A stretch of DNA of 64,000 nucleotides from Octopus vulgaris (Eukaryota). The notes under the pieces are model-generated. The model was not told the DNA's origin. It saw nothing but the letters and a program-made list of their open reading frames with translations, and did no database searches. Position numbers and translations under genes: made by a program. The stretch covers positions 5,022,001 through 5,086,000 of the forward strand of contig OX597835.1 of the NCBI GenBank assembly GCA_951406725.2. Direction: 5' to 3'. Positions 30,001 to 43,920 of this stretch are shown in pieces (positions within the stretch are counted from its first letter, which is position 1; each line of letters begins with the position of its first letter).

Positions 30001-33000
30001 TTTCATAATTACCATGTTACGTTTAAGGCCGTCTCCACTTGATAAGATGAGATAGTTTCAAGAATCAAAAATTCTTCATAGCTAACACACCATTAAGGAA
30101 ACAGACTGATTGATTGTCTAGAGATAAGAGGATAGTCATGGACATTTGTTTCTGGCTCAGCAGCCATCATCAGTGGGACGATTGTTCAAACTTATTTCCA
30201 GTAGCCATGGGATTTAAATGGCTGAGATAATTTCAATACACCATGGTATTTGATATATATGTGTATATTAATGATCTTCTTCTTCAGGTTCATGCATTCT
30301 ACAAAAATTGCAATGGTGCTGCTTCCTGCAACTGTGCCGTTGCTGCACTGTCTGGTGATGATGTCATTGTGATTGATGGATGTGACTTAGATAACAAAGC
30401 TTCAAAATCATCTTCCTTCAAAATAAAAATGTATGTTAATGGAGAACTGACACCAGGAACTCGAGTGATACGAACCTCTGGCAAAAGTTTTGAAGTAAGT
30501 CGTTCTACTCTTTCACCTTCTTCTTCATCTTACACCTCCTCCTACTCTTTCCAGATCCTTTGTCCATCATGTCAAAATGTTGAGTTCAGTGCTGCAGTCT
30601 ATTTCTTGCTTAAACAAATCTTCATATCTCCATTTGCTACTCTCCTACCACTTGTCTTCCCCTATCACTTGGCTGCCAGCTCATACTCCTCCACTTCCTC
30701 CCCCTCCCTCTTCATCATCATCAATAATTATGCATACAAGCTTGAGTCTGCAATTCATAGTGATACTCATATCTCAGCCCTGTCTCATCTCCTTCATGAA
30801 GTCCGCTAACCATTTCACCTGATATCACTTCTTAGCTGTAAGTTGAGGAGAAGGTGTATCTGCATGTGAACCCTGGTCAAGCTGTGTGTGTGTGTGTATG
30901 ATCAAAAGCAAATCAACAAAGACCATCCCATCTTTTCAGAGAGATGAACTGAGGACCACACTATACCACATTATACCTTCTTTTCTTAAGATATTAGTGT
31001 GGGATTTGAGAGCAGCTTGGCTTTTCTATCAGAATTGCACAGACATTCTCTCATTGTTTCCTCTTTATTTCTTTATTATTATATTTTACCTCAAGTGAAA
31101 AAAAAAACAACTTAGATTCAAGAGGAGGAAGGCACCATCATGGCCTTTTGGTTATGAAGTTTACAACTCCACAGTTATTTCAATTCTGTCAGTCTGGTAT
31201 GGCTGTGTGGTAAGAAGTTGGCTTTCTAACAACACAGTACCAGATTCAGTCCTACTGCATGACAAATTGGGCAAGTGTTTTCTACTACAGTTGTGAGCTG
31301 ACGAAAGCCTTGTGAGAGGATTTGGCAGATGGAATCTGAAAAGAAGCCTGCTCTCTCTGGACTGGCTCTTGTGCAGGTGGCACGTAAAAAACACCATTTG
31401 AGCATGGCCATTGCCAGTACTGCTTGACTGGCCCTCGTGCCGGTGGCACGTAAATACACCTACTACACTCTTGGAGTGGTTGACGTTAGGAAGAGCATCC
31501 AGCTGTAGAAACTCTGCCAGATGAGATTGGAGCCTGGTGCAGCCATCTGGCTTGCCAGTCCTCAATCAAAACGTCCAACCCATGCCAGCATGGAAAGCAG
31601 ACGTTAAACGACGATGATATATATATATACACACAAACACACACACAATGCATGTGCGCACATATGTGTATGACCCCACCCATGCTCAACAACCAGTGCT
31701 GATGTGTTTACATCCCTCTAACTTAGTGGTTAATTTGGTAAAAGTGTTTGATTGAATAAATACCAGGCTTTAAACAATATAACTACTTGGTTTGATTCAA
31801 TCAACTAAAATTCTTCAAAGCAATGCTCCAACATGGCTGCAGATTAATGACTGAAACAAGTAAAAGATAAATGATTAAGATATGTTTTTCCCATTTTTAA
31901 TCCTAACTAATCCAGTTTTCCTATTTTTGTTTTGTTATGATTTTTGTTTGTTTGTGTTTTTTTTTGCTCTTTTTAACAAGAATTATGAGATAGAAATGTA
32001 TTCATTGAATTCTCCCAAATGAACCAAATCATTAATACAAATACCATTTGTCTTTAAATTTCAGATCCATTTCCCAACGGGAACTCATTTATTTGTAAAA
32101 TTTAGACCATGGAGGAAAACAAATAATTTCATGAATGTCTGGCTTTATCCCTCTGCATTTGATACCAAGAAAACACTTGGTGAGCAATCATGTCATTTAT
32201 ATGCATAATTTGTATTTTTAAGTTAAAATACATTTTAACTTTCTTTCCATCGAGTTCTCTTTTGTGTGAGACTTTGTTTTAGTCGGGGTTAAAATGAATC
32301 CATCATTTCTACACTTTTACAGAATTACTTAAATGAAACCATTTTGATTTGTTTTCACGTCTTTTTTCGATGCTAGCATGGTTTCTTTTTTTATGCGCCC
32401 TTTTTAAGCCTAGCCAGGCTCATGGGCCCGGTTTCCCGGTTTCTATGGCGTATGTGTTCCCTCCAGCTGGACGGGATGCCAGTCCATCGCAACATTACTC
32501 AAGAATCAGGAAGAAAGAGTGAGAGGAAGTTGGGGCAAAAAAGTACAACAGGGGTCACCACCAACCCCTGCCGGAGCCTCATGGAGCTTTGGGTGTTTTT
32601 GCTCAATAAACACACACAACACCCGGTCTGGGAATCGAAACCACGATCCTCCGACTGCGAGTCTGCTGCTCTAACCACTGGGCCACAGCACCTCCACAGC
32701 ATGGGTTAGATGAATGTATTATCGTGACGTTTTACAGTTTGATGCTCTTCCTGTTGCTAACTGTTACCAGCTTTTCTTGTAAGAAAATTTTAAATTCACA
32801 CATTGGAAGCACAGAACCAACAAGTGGTCCCTTGGTGAGGAATACAGCAACAATGTCATGGCTTGATGCTTCTGATATTGGAGAAGTACATACACACACA
32901 CACACACACGGCCTGAGGCTACAGTAGAAGACACTTGTTCAAAGTGACTTGCAGTAGGACATAATGTGAAGCTGTTAAGTACTTTAATTAATAACAAATA

Positions 33001-33573
33001 GATTTTTTTTTTTAGCTTACAACAATAGAAGTAACATCTATCAATGCATAATATCTACTTATTCCTCAAACTAGCATGCTAGCTTTCATGTGGTTACCGA
33101 AGTTGCTAGAAGTAGCAGCCAAATTTTCTCAAATCATACACAGATACCTAGTGAAAGGACTAATATTGTAGTAGCAATTGTGGTATGTGATGTTGTGTTG
33201 GAAGGCCAAGTCTTGAGCAGTAGAGTGAGGTGGGGAATTTGGGAAGGGTGTTAATGGCTTGGTACAAAAGAACTTGGTTACAACTCGACTCAATATACAC
33301 ATGCACCCACCTATACACCTATAGAAAGGTAGACTGGATGTAGAATTAACGAGTGCAATGGAGATTAAAATGTACGGCAACTTTATTAGCATCTCTCTCA
33401 ACCTTTATATTTTTGTTAACTTACTATATACTGTTTCTCAAATCTTCGTTGCTATTTCTCACCTAACACCCACCCACCCCTATCCTATCAATTTTTGCCT
33501 CTTTACTTTCACTTTTATTTCTCGCTTTCTCCTCTTTCATTTCCACTCTCTCTCTACTTTCACTCATCACTTT

Positions 33574-33610
<37 letters not shown>

Positions 33611-33687
33611 CACTCTCTCTCTCTCTACTTTCACTCTTTCTCTCTTTAATTCCACTCTCCCTCTACTTTCACACTCTCTTTCTACTT

Positions 33688-33718
<31 letters not shown>

Positions 33719-33726
33719 TTCTCTCA

Positions 33727-33769
<43 letters not shown>

Positions 33770-35831
33770 ACTCTCTCTCTCTTTCTCTCTCTCTCTCTCT
33801 TTCTCTCACTCTCTCTCATCATGGTGCCTGTGTTCTGAGGAATGACATTACAATAGATTTGTCTTTATTCTGTTTCCCTTCTTTATTAGTAACCATATTT
33901 TCCTCTCACCCTCTCTCTCTGTTTCTTTTTCTCTTACTCCCTCTCCCTCTTTCTCTCTCTATTACTTCTCTTCATCATACTGCTTATACTCTCCCTATTC
34001 AACCATCTTACTAATAAACCATCTAACAACCCATCCATATATCTTTCTATCAATCCACCCATCCACCCGATTGTTTGTCTGTCTATTTATCTATCTAGTT
34101 ATTTATTCATTCAGTTATTTAGCTATTTATCTATTTATTTATTTATTTTCAGGACTGTGTGGAACATTTGATGGCAAACGAAATGATGACTTCGTCAATG
34201 AAGAAGGCAAACTCCTCACAAGGAAAGCGTTTTCTCTCAGCTGGAGGTATAAGACACTGTTTTACAATTCAATCACTGAAACCCCTGTGAAGTATTTCCA
34301 TTGCTACTACAGTAACAGCCCTTTGCTTTTACAGTAATTTTGTTCTGTCTTGGGAGGGTCATTGCACCAATAGTAACAACACACATACACAGGTGCAATT
34401 TTACTGTAACATTCCACTTATTCAATTTCAAAGAATATTCCTACATTGAGTATTGTTATTAGAATTAAAAGTCACTCCTGTTTGTTTCACACAAGTAGAG
34501 CCATCATATGAGGAAGGTTAGAATGCATTATTTTTTTCCAGGGTTTCATAAAGGAGCCCCAGGACAGAATGTAATTATCCTCAAATTGGAAATGTGGCCC
34601 ACTTAATTGTATCTTTGTGGATGGCACTAAACTGAGCAAAGGTTGGCTGGTGGTATTAAAGCAAATGACAGCTTAAGCCAAATCCTCAGAAACAATTGCA
34701 GTTTATATGATAGGCTTCTAAAGAGTTTTCTTCTACCAAATATCATCACAGAGCTTTAATTAACTTGAGGCTATGATCAAAGGTACTCATTTTCAAGATA
34801 CCTCTTCACAATGGGATCAGATTCAGAGCCATGAAATCACAAGACATTACAGTCGCAATCCATCCCACACACCTCCCACAGTTACTGCCTCCCCAGTTCT
34901 ACTTATAAAGTTTTGGGTCCATGCAAGGCAGTAGCAAAAGACACTTGTCCAAGTGGTCATGTAGTGGTATTGAACCTAGGATGTCATGGTTACAAAGCTA
35001 ACTTTGTAATCATTTAGCCACAGTACATCTACAAAATCACTCATCAAACAAATAGTCTGGAAATAAATAATAACCAAAATATCAAGATTCCAACTGGAAT
35101 AATATTAATATTAACCAAGAGCAGTGGATTGACAGAAAGATTAGAACATTAGAGAAAATGTCCAGTTTAACTTTTTACTTTCTGAGTTCAAATCCCGTTG
35201 AAGTCAGTTTTGCCTTTCATCTTTCTGATAGCCATAAAATAAAGTACCTGTCATACACTGAAGTCTGTTTATTTGACTGATCCTTTCACTTAAATTTGAT
35301 ACTTGTGTCTATGCAATATAATTATATAATTAACATTGAAGTTAATTGTAAATACAGTGATACTTCACAGTACAAGTTTAATTCGTTTCATGACTGAGCT
35401 TGTTTTACGATTTACCCATTTTACAAATCACTTTTTCCCGTTGAAATTAACTAAAATATAAGGCAGAAAATTAAATCTAATGTTTTGGGACTAAGTAATT
35501 GTCTGAGACAAAGAAATCCCTTATTTCCCAGTAGCAAAGGAATTTATTCAAACCCACGAATTATATAAATTATATACAATGTTTGTTTCTGTTGTAATAT
35601 TTCTTAAATTTTTGTTGCACTAAAGAGTCAAACTTGAAGACACCCTCTACAATGGATACTGTCCAGAAGATTCTGATGATGAAGAAGAAAAACCAACTGA
35701 TATTTATTGCAATTGTGCAAATGGTATGAATGAAAGCTGCAGCAAAGATGAATACATTTTCAAATGTGACAGAAACATCAAAAAGAAGAAAGGTAAGTAG
35801 GCAGTATTTCCAGGCGTTCGCAGTGACGTCT

Positions 35832-35868
<37 letters not shown>

Positions 35869-37401
35869 CGAAGCAGAATTCGCAAAGCGTTGGATTGTTC
35901 ACCCACTAACAGGGAACGTGAGCTGGGTTTAGACCGTCATGAGACAGGTTAGTTTTATCCTACCGATGCATCGCGCGTACGCGGCGCCCCGAGTCGCATC
36001 AGGGTTCTCGGCGTGCGGTCGCGCGTCGTCCGTCCTGGCCGTGCCGCCGGCGTTTCTCCGGCCGACCTTAGGCGGGCATCAGCAACATCAACTCGGCTAC
36101 GGCTATCCCGTCCAGTACGAGAAGAACCGCGGGATCAGAGCAACGGTTTGCGCGCTCGCTCGATAGAGCGGTGGTGTCAGGCTGCCTCTGAGCGATAACG
36201 GCTGAACGCCTCTAAGCCGGAACCGTAGCCGGACCCGAGTTGTTTTCCAAAAGCATCTCAACCTCAAGGCGCATGCCTTAGCTCGGCGTTCGCCATCCGT
36301 CCATCGCGTTGCGAAGATTTTACTTTCAAGAGTTCTCGGTCGAGTGCACGAGTGCGCCGAGTTATGCGGCCGGTTGATTGCCAGGGAGTAAGTTTGAGTA
36401 CGATGAAGACCACGAGTGTGTGTGTCCATGTGTTATCGACGAGGCATGAAGCGGCGATTTTACTTGTTGTAGTTTGGAGAAGGTCCTTATACCAATAAGT
36501 AAATAGTTCACTGCTACCAACATTACATTACTCAGTTATAACCCAACAAAAATTAAGAATATGAAATTTGTGTTTTATGAATTTCTTTAAAATATAGCAA
36601 TAAATCAATAATATTTCTACTTAAAATATAAAGGTGAAATATGATTTGCTTGAAGCATTGCATGATGTAAATATTTAAAAAGCATATTTTTATTTATTGA
36701 CATCATATTACATATTTTGCCCAACTTCTCATCTGCATTTTTCTCAAAAGTTCTTTTTTTTTTTTTAACATTTATTCATTTACTTGATTCATGTTTCAGG
36801 GACTGATATAACAGATCTATTATTGGAAAATAAAGTTGCTCCTATGAAATGCGTTGTAGATGTGCCACAAGTCAATTTCACTTTTGATATTAACTACATA
36901 CCACTGGTAAGTATTTTCCATTATCAACCACGAAATATTATTCAAGATAAAACATATTTCTTTCAAAATATCTTAAAATGGTTTAGATTTTAACTTTGTA
37001 TTGCTGTAAGTTCTTTTGTACCAGTTCAAAATCAAACATGATAAAAATGGGGCATCCAAATATTGCATGAAAATGGAAATATAAAACCTTGATTCTTGCA
37101 GCTGTAGAATTCCTGAAACTTATGTTTTGTAGCAGTTTACAGAGAGTGGCCAGCGCCAACATCATTTTCCACTGAGTCAAAGACTGGAAATAAGAAAGGG
37201 TGAAAATTTATTTCATGCTGGACATTGGCCTAAATAACTGCAATGGACCGGTTTCACTAAAGTCCCCAACGACCATAAAGTGATGACAAAATGTGCTGTA
37301 ATTGTTCCAGATTTTTGTGCTATATGTATGTGTGTGTGTGTGTATGTATATGTGTGTGTGTATATGTGTGTGTGTGTATGTATATGTATGTATATATGTG
37401 T

Positions 37402-37433
<32 letters not shown>

Positions 37434-39683
37434 TTACTTACAGGGAGTTAATTTTATATCTGGCTTCACATCCATAAAGCTCTTAGTCTTATAGATGATT
37501 CATCAGACTCCAGTGGCCATGGACATATAAAAGAGGTTATATGTCCACAGGTGAGGTGCGTAGCTTAGTAGCTAAGGTGTCAGCATCATGATCGTAAGAT
37601 TGTGGTTTCGATTCCTGGACCGGGCGATGCATTGTGTTCTTGAGCAAAACACTTCATTTCACATTGCTCTAGTCCACTCAGCTGGCAAAAATGAGTAACG
37701 CTTCAATGGACTGATATCCTGTCCAGCTGGGGAGCACATACGCCATTGGAACCGGGAAACCGGGCCTATGAGCCTGGCTAGGCTTTAAAAGGGTGCATTT
37801 ATTTTATTTTTATATGTCCACAACCATTGGAATCTGACAAGTTATCTATAAAGCTAAGTGCTTAATGGATGAAAGACCATTGGTCACTCTATGACCTGCC
37901 ATAGGATTAACCACCCGTAAATACATTACTGCACTAGAATTTAGAGGGTGCTTCTTTTTCAGATATATGATCCTCTGACAATATACAGTGAGGTTGTTGC
38001 CAGTGCCGCTGGACTGGCTCCTGTGCAGATGGCACATAAAAAACACCATATGAGCATGGCCATTGCCAGTACCGCCTGACTGGCTCTCGTACCGGTGGCA
38101 TGTACAAGCACCCACTGCACTTCCGGAGTGGTTGGCAATAGGAAGGGCATCCAGCTGTAGAAACTCTGCCAAATGAGATTGGAGCCTGGTGCAGCCATTT
38201 GGTTCACTGTTCCTCGGTCATAGAAAGTGGACGTTAAATGATGATGATGATGATGAGGATTGAGAACAAAAGTCATCAGAATTTTGGAAAAAAAGCTTTT
38301 TATTTCTTCATTATTTTTAGCTTTTGCATTCTTTTCTCGAACTTGTCAAATAAAATTTTGTGAATGTGCGAACAGCCTATATATTTATATTATATATAGA
38401 TATATTATATATATATATTATATATACATTATATATATAATATATATATATATGTATATATTATATATATAATTATACATCATATATATATATTATATAT
38501 ATATCTTATATATATATATTATATATATGTATTATATATATGTATTATATGTATATTTTATAGATATATATTTATTATATATATATATATATATGTATTA
38601 TATATATATGTATGTGTGTGTGTGTGTTTTATTGTCTGTTTTACTTATAAAATGAAGGAACTAAGGTTTGTTGAGTGATTTTGAATCGTTTTCATTGAAA
38701 GTAAATGTTATTTATATTTTCAGGAACCAATATGGCCCACTCCATCAGGCATAACCAAAATCAATGCAACCCACATATGTGAAACATTTATAACCACCAC
38801 AAAAGCTGGTAGCCTATGTAAAGATATTGTCAAGGAAAAATTATAGATATATATGTATTATATATATATATTTTATATATACATAGATATATATATATAT
38901 TATAGATATATATGTATTATATATATATGTATGTGTGTGTGTGTGTGTGTGTGTGTTTTATTGTCTGTTTTACTTATAAAATGAAGGAAATAAGGTTTGT
39001 TGAGTGATTTTGAATAGTTTTCATTGAAAGTAAATGTTATTTATATTTTCAGGAACCAATATGGCCCACTATTCTGGGCTTAAATTCAAAATAATTTGAA
39101 GAATCCTTAAACTGTCAACCAAAACTCCTTGTAACTTTTGTTGCAATTCCTTTCATTCTGAGTTCAAACCTTACTAAGAACGAATTTGCATTTTATCGTT
39201 TCAAAGTTGATAGAATACTTTATTCTTTTATCCCTGAGCTCAATATCATTCACTTCCCTAACCACCAACTCCAAATATATCTGGCCTTGGTCCTGTATCA
39301 GAAAAGATTATGAGAGGAGTGCATTGTTAGAGTCATTAGATTATTAAACAAAATAAGTTACTGTTTCCAGTACTTTGTGTTCTGAGTTCAAATTCTGTAA
39401 CATTTAACTTTGTCATCCTTTCATAATCAATAAAGTAACGGGTATGTATTGCTGTTGATATGCTTGGTTGCTACCTTTCCAAAATTTCCAGGGCCTGCAT
39501 ATATATTTGTATACAAATGGGTGTTGCAAAGTTCCTGGCTTTAAGGGTATCACGGAGGGCCTGGTTAGAGGCTCAAACTTTTGAGTTTTTCTACAGGGCT
39601 TAGAAAAACTGAAGGCCCACTGTAATAAGTGTGTGAATCTGAGAGGGGAATATGTTGAATAGAATCGTAATTAACTGATCCCC

Positions 39684-39727
<44 letters not shown>

Positions 39728-41626
39728 TATATGAGTTAACTTAGTAAAGACCAAGGTTCTAGTAAGCAAGAAACTGGACAGAAGCCTTCACCTTTCTGGT
39801 TAATGACCCTGCTTGATATGTAGGAAGGGTGTAGGCAGAATATTAGGAAGGTTAACAGAGGAAGAAGTGTTTGTATGTGAAAGATATGACAAATACTCAG
39901 GAAACTGATTTCCTCAAATGTACCTATGGTTCTCTGGAAATTGTAGATTATTTCTGCTAAGTAGGTGACCTAATTAGCAGGGGAGGAGGTTGTACAGAAA
40001 GTGTAGGATGGAGAAAGATCAGAGACCTTTTACCTGCATTATCATTGAAGGCAACCAAAGATCTCTCTCTCCAAGTGGAAAGAAGATCGTATGATGCATG
40101 GGTTTGAACAGAAATGTTACACGGTAGTTAGACATGGGCTCTTAATGCAAAGGACATGTGAAAACAAAAGAGGAATTTTTTTTTTCTATTCTAGGCACAA
40201 GGCCCGAAATTTTTGGGGAGGTGGCCAGTCGATTAGACTGACTCCAGTAAAAAACTGGTACTTAATTTATCGATCCAAAAAGAAAGAAAGGCAAAGATGA
40301 CCTCGGCGGAATTTGAACTCAGAGCATAAAGAGACGAAATACTGCTAAGCATTTCACTCAGTGTGCTAATGTTTCTGCCAACTTCACTGCCTGAAACAAA
40401 AGAGGAATGAAGCTGATATGCTCTGTTGTATGTGCAATGCCAATATACATGTGCAACAGAGCACTGGAGTATTGAGAGAAAGGTTAGGCATAAGAGAAAG
40501 CATATGCAGTGTGCAAGAAAGGAGACTGCACTGATTTGGTCATGTGATGCAGACGGATGAGGACATATGCATAAAAAATGCTAATCCCTTAAAATCGAGG
40601 TAAGTTGTGGAAGAGGAAGATCCAGGAAGACATGGGATGGAATAGTGAGGGATCTCAAAATACTGAGCTTTAGGAAGAAGATGACAGAGGACCAAGATCT
40701 GTGGTGCATTGCTGTACCCAAGAGCACCTGCCCACCACAGCAGAACTGATATCATAAAACCAAGGTGCCATGTAAAAAACACTGGTGTTGCGGTTAGTGC
40801 CACATAAAAAGCTCTGGTGCTGATACTGCATAAAATGCAACCAGTACACTCTGTAAAGTGGTTGGCATCATGAAGGCATCCAGCTCTAGAAACCTAACCA
40901 AAACAGTCTACGGAACCAGGTGCAGACCCTGGCCTTGCCAGCCCCTGTCAAGTCGTCCAACCCATGTCAGCATGGAAAACAGACGTTAAATGAAGACAGT
41001 TATTATATTATATCTATATTTATCTCTGTTTTTTTTTTTGTTACTTTTTTCTTTTAGTTAACAGACGACATTTCATGGGTTAATGCTGCCTTGTCAGACA
41101 TCAAGCAAGTCTGTGAGAAGGAAATAGCCACTAACCCTGAAATCTGGGTTAAAGACAACACCACCAACATTCTGAAACCGCCCCAAGACATTGAGGATAC
41201 TCTTTGTCCGAACGAGTGCTCAAATAGAGGAAACTGCTCTGCAGGTAATTTAGAATTATTTGTCCAGCTTATTTATTTCTTTAGTCTAATTCCCTTCGAT
41301 GCTGCATTTTGTTCCATCAATGTTTATTGTATTCAATTTTCCTTTTCCTTATTTTTTCTGTTCATTGTTTTTCTTCTGTTCTGATGTCCATGGCTCCAAT
41401 GTGCTTTGTTTTGTCACTGTTAACACTCAGATAAGCCATCATCAAGCAGCTTTATGATCAAAAGGCGCAGAAGTGGCTGTGTGGTATGTAGCTTGCTTAC
41501 CAACCACATGGTTCCGGGTTCAGTCCCACTGCATGGCACCTTGGGCAAGTGTCTTCTACTATAACCTCAGGCCAACCAAAGCCTTGTGAGTGGATTTGGT
41601 AGATGGAAACTGAAAGAAGCCCATCG

Positions 41627-41673
<47 letters not shown>

Positions 41674-41858
41674 ATATATTAAGTATAGGAAAGAATGGAG
41701 CTGAACGAAGATTTAACAAAATTCCATTATTTTTTTAATGTTATTTTCGATGCCCCATGGTCGTTACTTCAACCGTGGTCTTTCTGTTGTGATTTTTGCT
41801 ACCCAGGTATCGGTTAACATTTGAATTATCCGTAATAAGATAATTCATTTTTCTACTT

Positions 41859-41902
<44 letters not shown>

Positions 41903-42492
41903 CAGCAAAACAATTAAGATTCAAATGAATTCAAATGAATATGGTACTTAACTTAGATGCACCAGAATTCTTTATGGTATTAACCATAAAAATATATGGG
42001 GTGATTATAACCAAGAAAAAAGTAACAAGAATGGATCAGTAATACGGTACAATTCGGTGATTTGGCTGATGAATACTTGGCATTTATATTTGCTGTAATA
42101 TTTGCAGCTTTAAATAAAAATGTTCTAAGTATGAAACAATTGTACCGAATTACTGATCCATTCTTGTTACTTTTTTCTTGGTTATATATATATATATATC
42201 TTATGAAAAATAAGAAATATAGTTTCAATTTTGTTTCTATAATTTTTAAGAGGAACGTTGCTTCCTTTGCTTCCACAGACCACTCGCCTATGATATATAC
42301 ATGCATACACATGCAATGTAAATATATATATATATAGATATACAATATGATCACAAGCATGACTGCGTGGCTTACCACACAATCACATGGTTCCATATTC
42401 AGTTGGCCTAGTATCTTCTACTACAGCCTCAGGTAAACCAAAGCCTTGTGAGTGGATTCGACAGACAGAGACTGAAGGACATTCATTGTATT

Positions 42493-42529
<37 letters not shown>

Positions 42530-42885
42530 ATGCCTGAGTGTATGTCTATGTTTGTCCACCATCACTTGACAACCGCTGTCGGCGTGTTTATGTTCCTGTT
42601 ACTTAGTGGTTTGGCAAAAGAGACTGACAGAATAAGTGCCAGGCTTTAAAAAAATAAGTCATGTGTTTGGCTCATTCAGCTAAAATTCTACATATATTTT
42701 ATATATATATATATATATATGTAGAATTTATATATATATATATATATATATATATGAACTAAACTGTAAAATTTATATTATTAAAAAATAATAAATTAAA
42801 CTGTTAGATTCACCAGTGAAGTCATTCTTTTCCTTTTTTTAAATGTACCTAACTGTACCAAGGATCTCACACATTCTCCAATATG

Positions 42886-42925
<40 letters not shown>

Positions 42926-43851
42926 GACATAGAGGCACAATATACATATATTGATAAACATTATTTTAATTGCAACATGGAAAGTGTTTATAAGCCATTT
43001 AGAAACACACAAACTGTTAGACTCACTTCAATATTTAAATTTAATTTGTCAAAATATTTTCGTTGCTTTGAAATTGCGACCTGTTCACTGACAAAATTCC
43101 CTGATGCATCTGTCCATGCGCAATACGGAATTTTGTCAGTGAACAGGACATAGTCTCAAAGTGACAAAAATATTTTGACAAATTAAATTTAAATATTGAA
43201 GTGAATCTAATGGTTTTAGTGAGTTTTTAAATGGCTTATAAACAACTTCCATGCTACAATTGTTTTTGTTTCAGCACTCGATCTCAGATCAGGTACTTGC
43301 TATGCAAGTACATCTCCATAATTATTTTAATTGAATTATGCAAATAACAATATTAACCATGTTCTTTCTTTTTTTTAATGTTGACCAGGTTTCTGTAACT
43401 GTTTTGATGGCTATGTTGGTGCTGATTGTTCCATCAATGTCACCACTCCTCCAATCCTTGAAGAAATCACTTCTGGAATGTTATGTGATACCCGTATTAG
43501 AAACTGTTCAAAAGTATCCATTATTGGGAGCAATTTCGTCAACACAGCAAAATTGACCTGCCATATTACAGAAATTAAGGTGAATATCACATGCCCCTAA
43601 CCTCTGTCCTTGTCACTGAGAACCCTGCCCTTTCCACCCTCACCCCCACTTCACATCATCTCCCTTTTTCTCATTTATATGAGAAATTTCACAACTTACA
43701 AAGTAAACACAGTGATGTCTATGGCACACTGCCTCATGAAGGTCAGTGCTAGCTCCCATGGGTCTTGCTCAAGGACACAACGCGTTGCCGGGAATCAAAC
43801 TCATGATCTTACAATTGTGAGCCGAATGCCCTAACCACTAAGCCACATGCC

Positions 43852-43920
<69 letters not shown>

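Noticed and set aside
35810-36470. Functional rRNA gene
   Set aside because: Only a 3' fragment, isolated in an intron, with substitutions at invariant positions.
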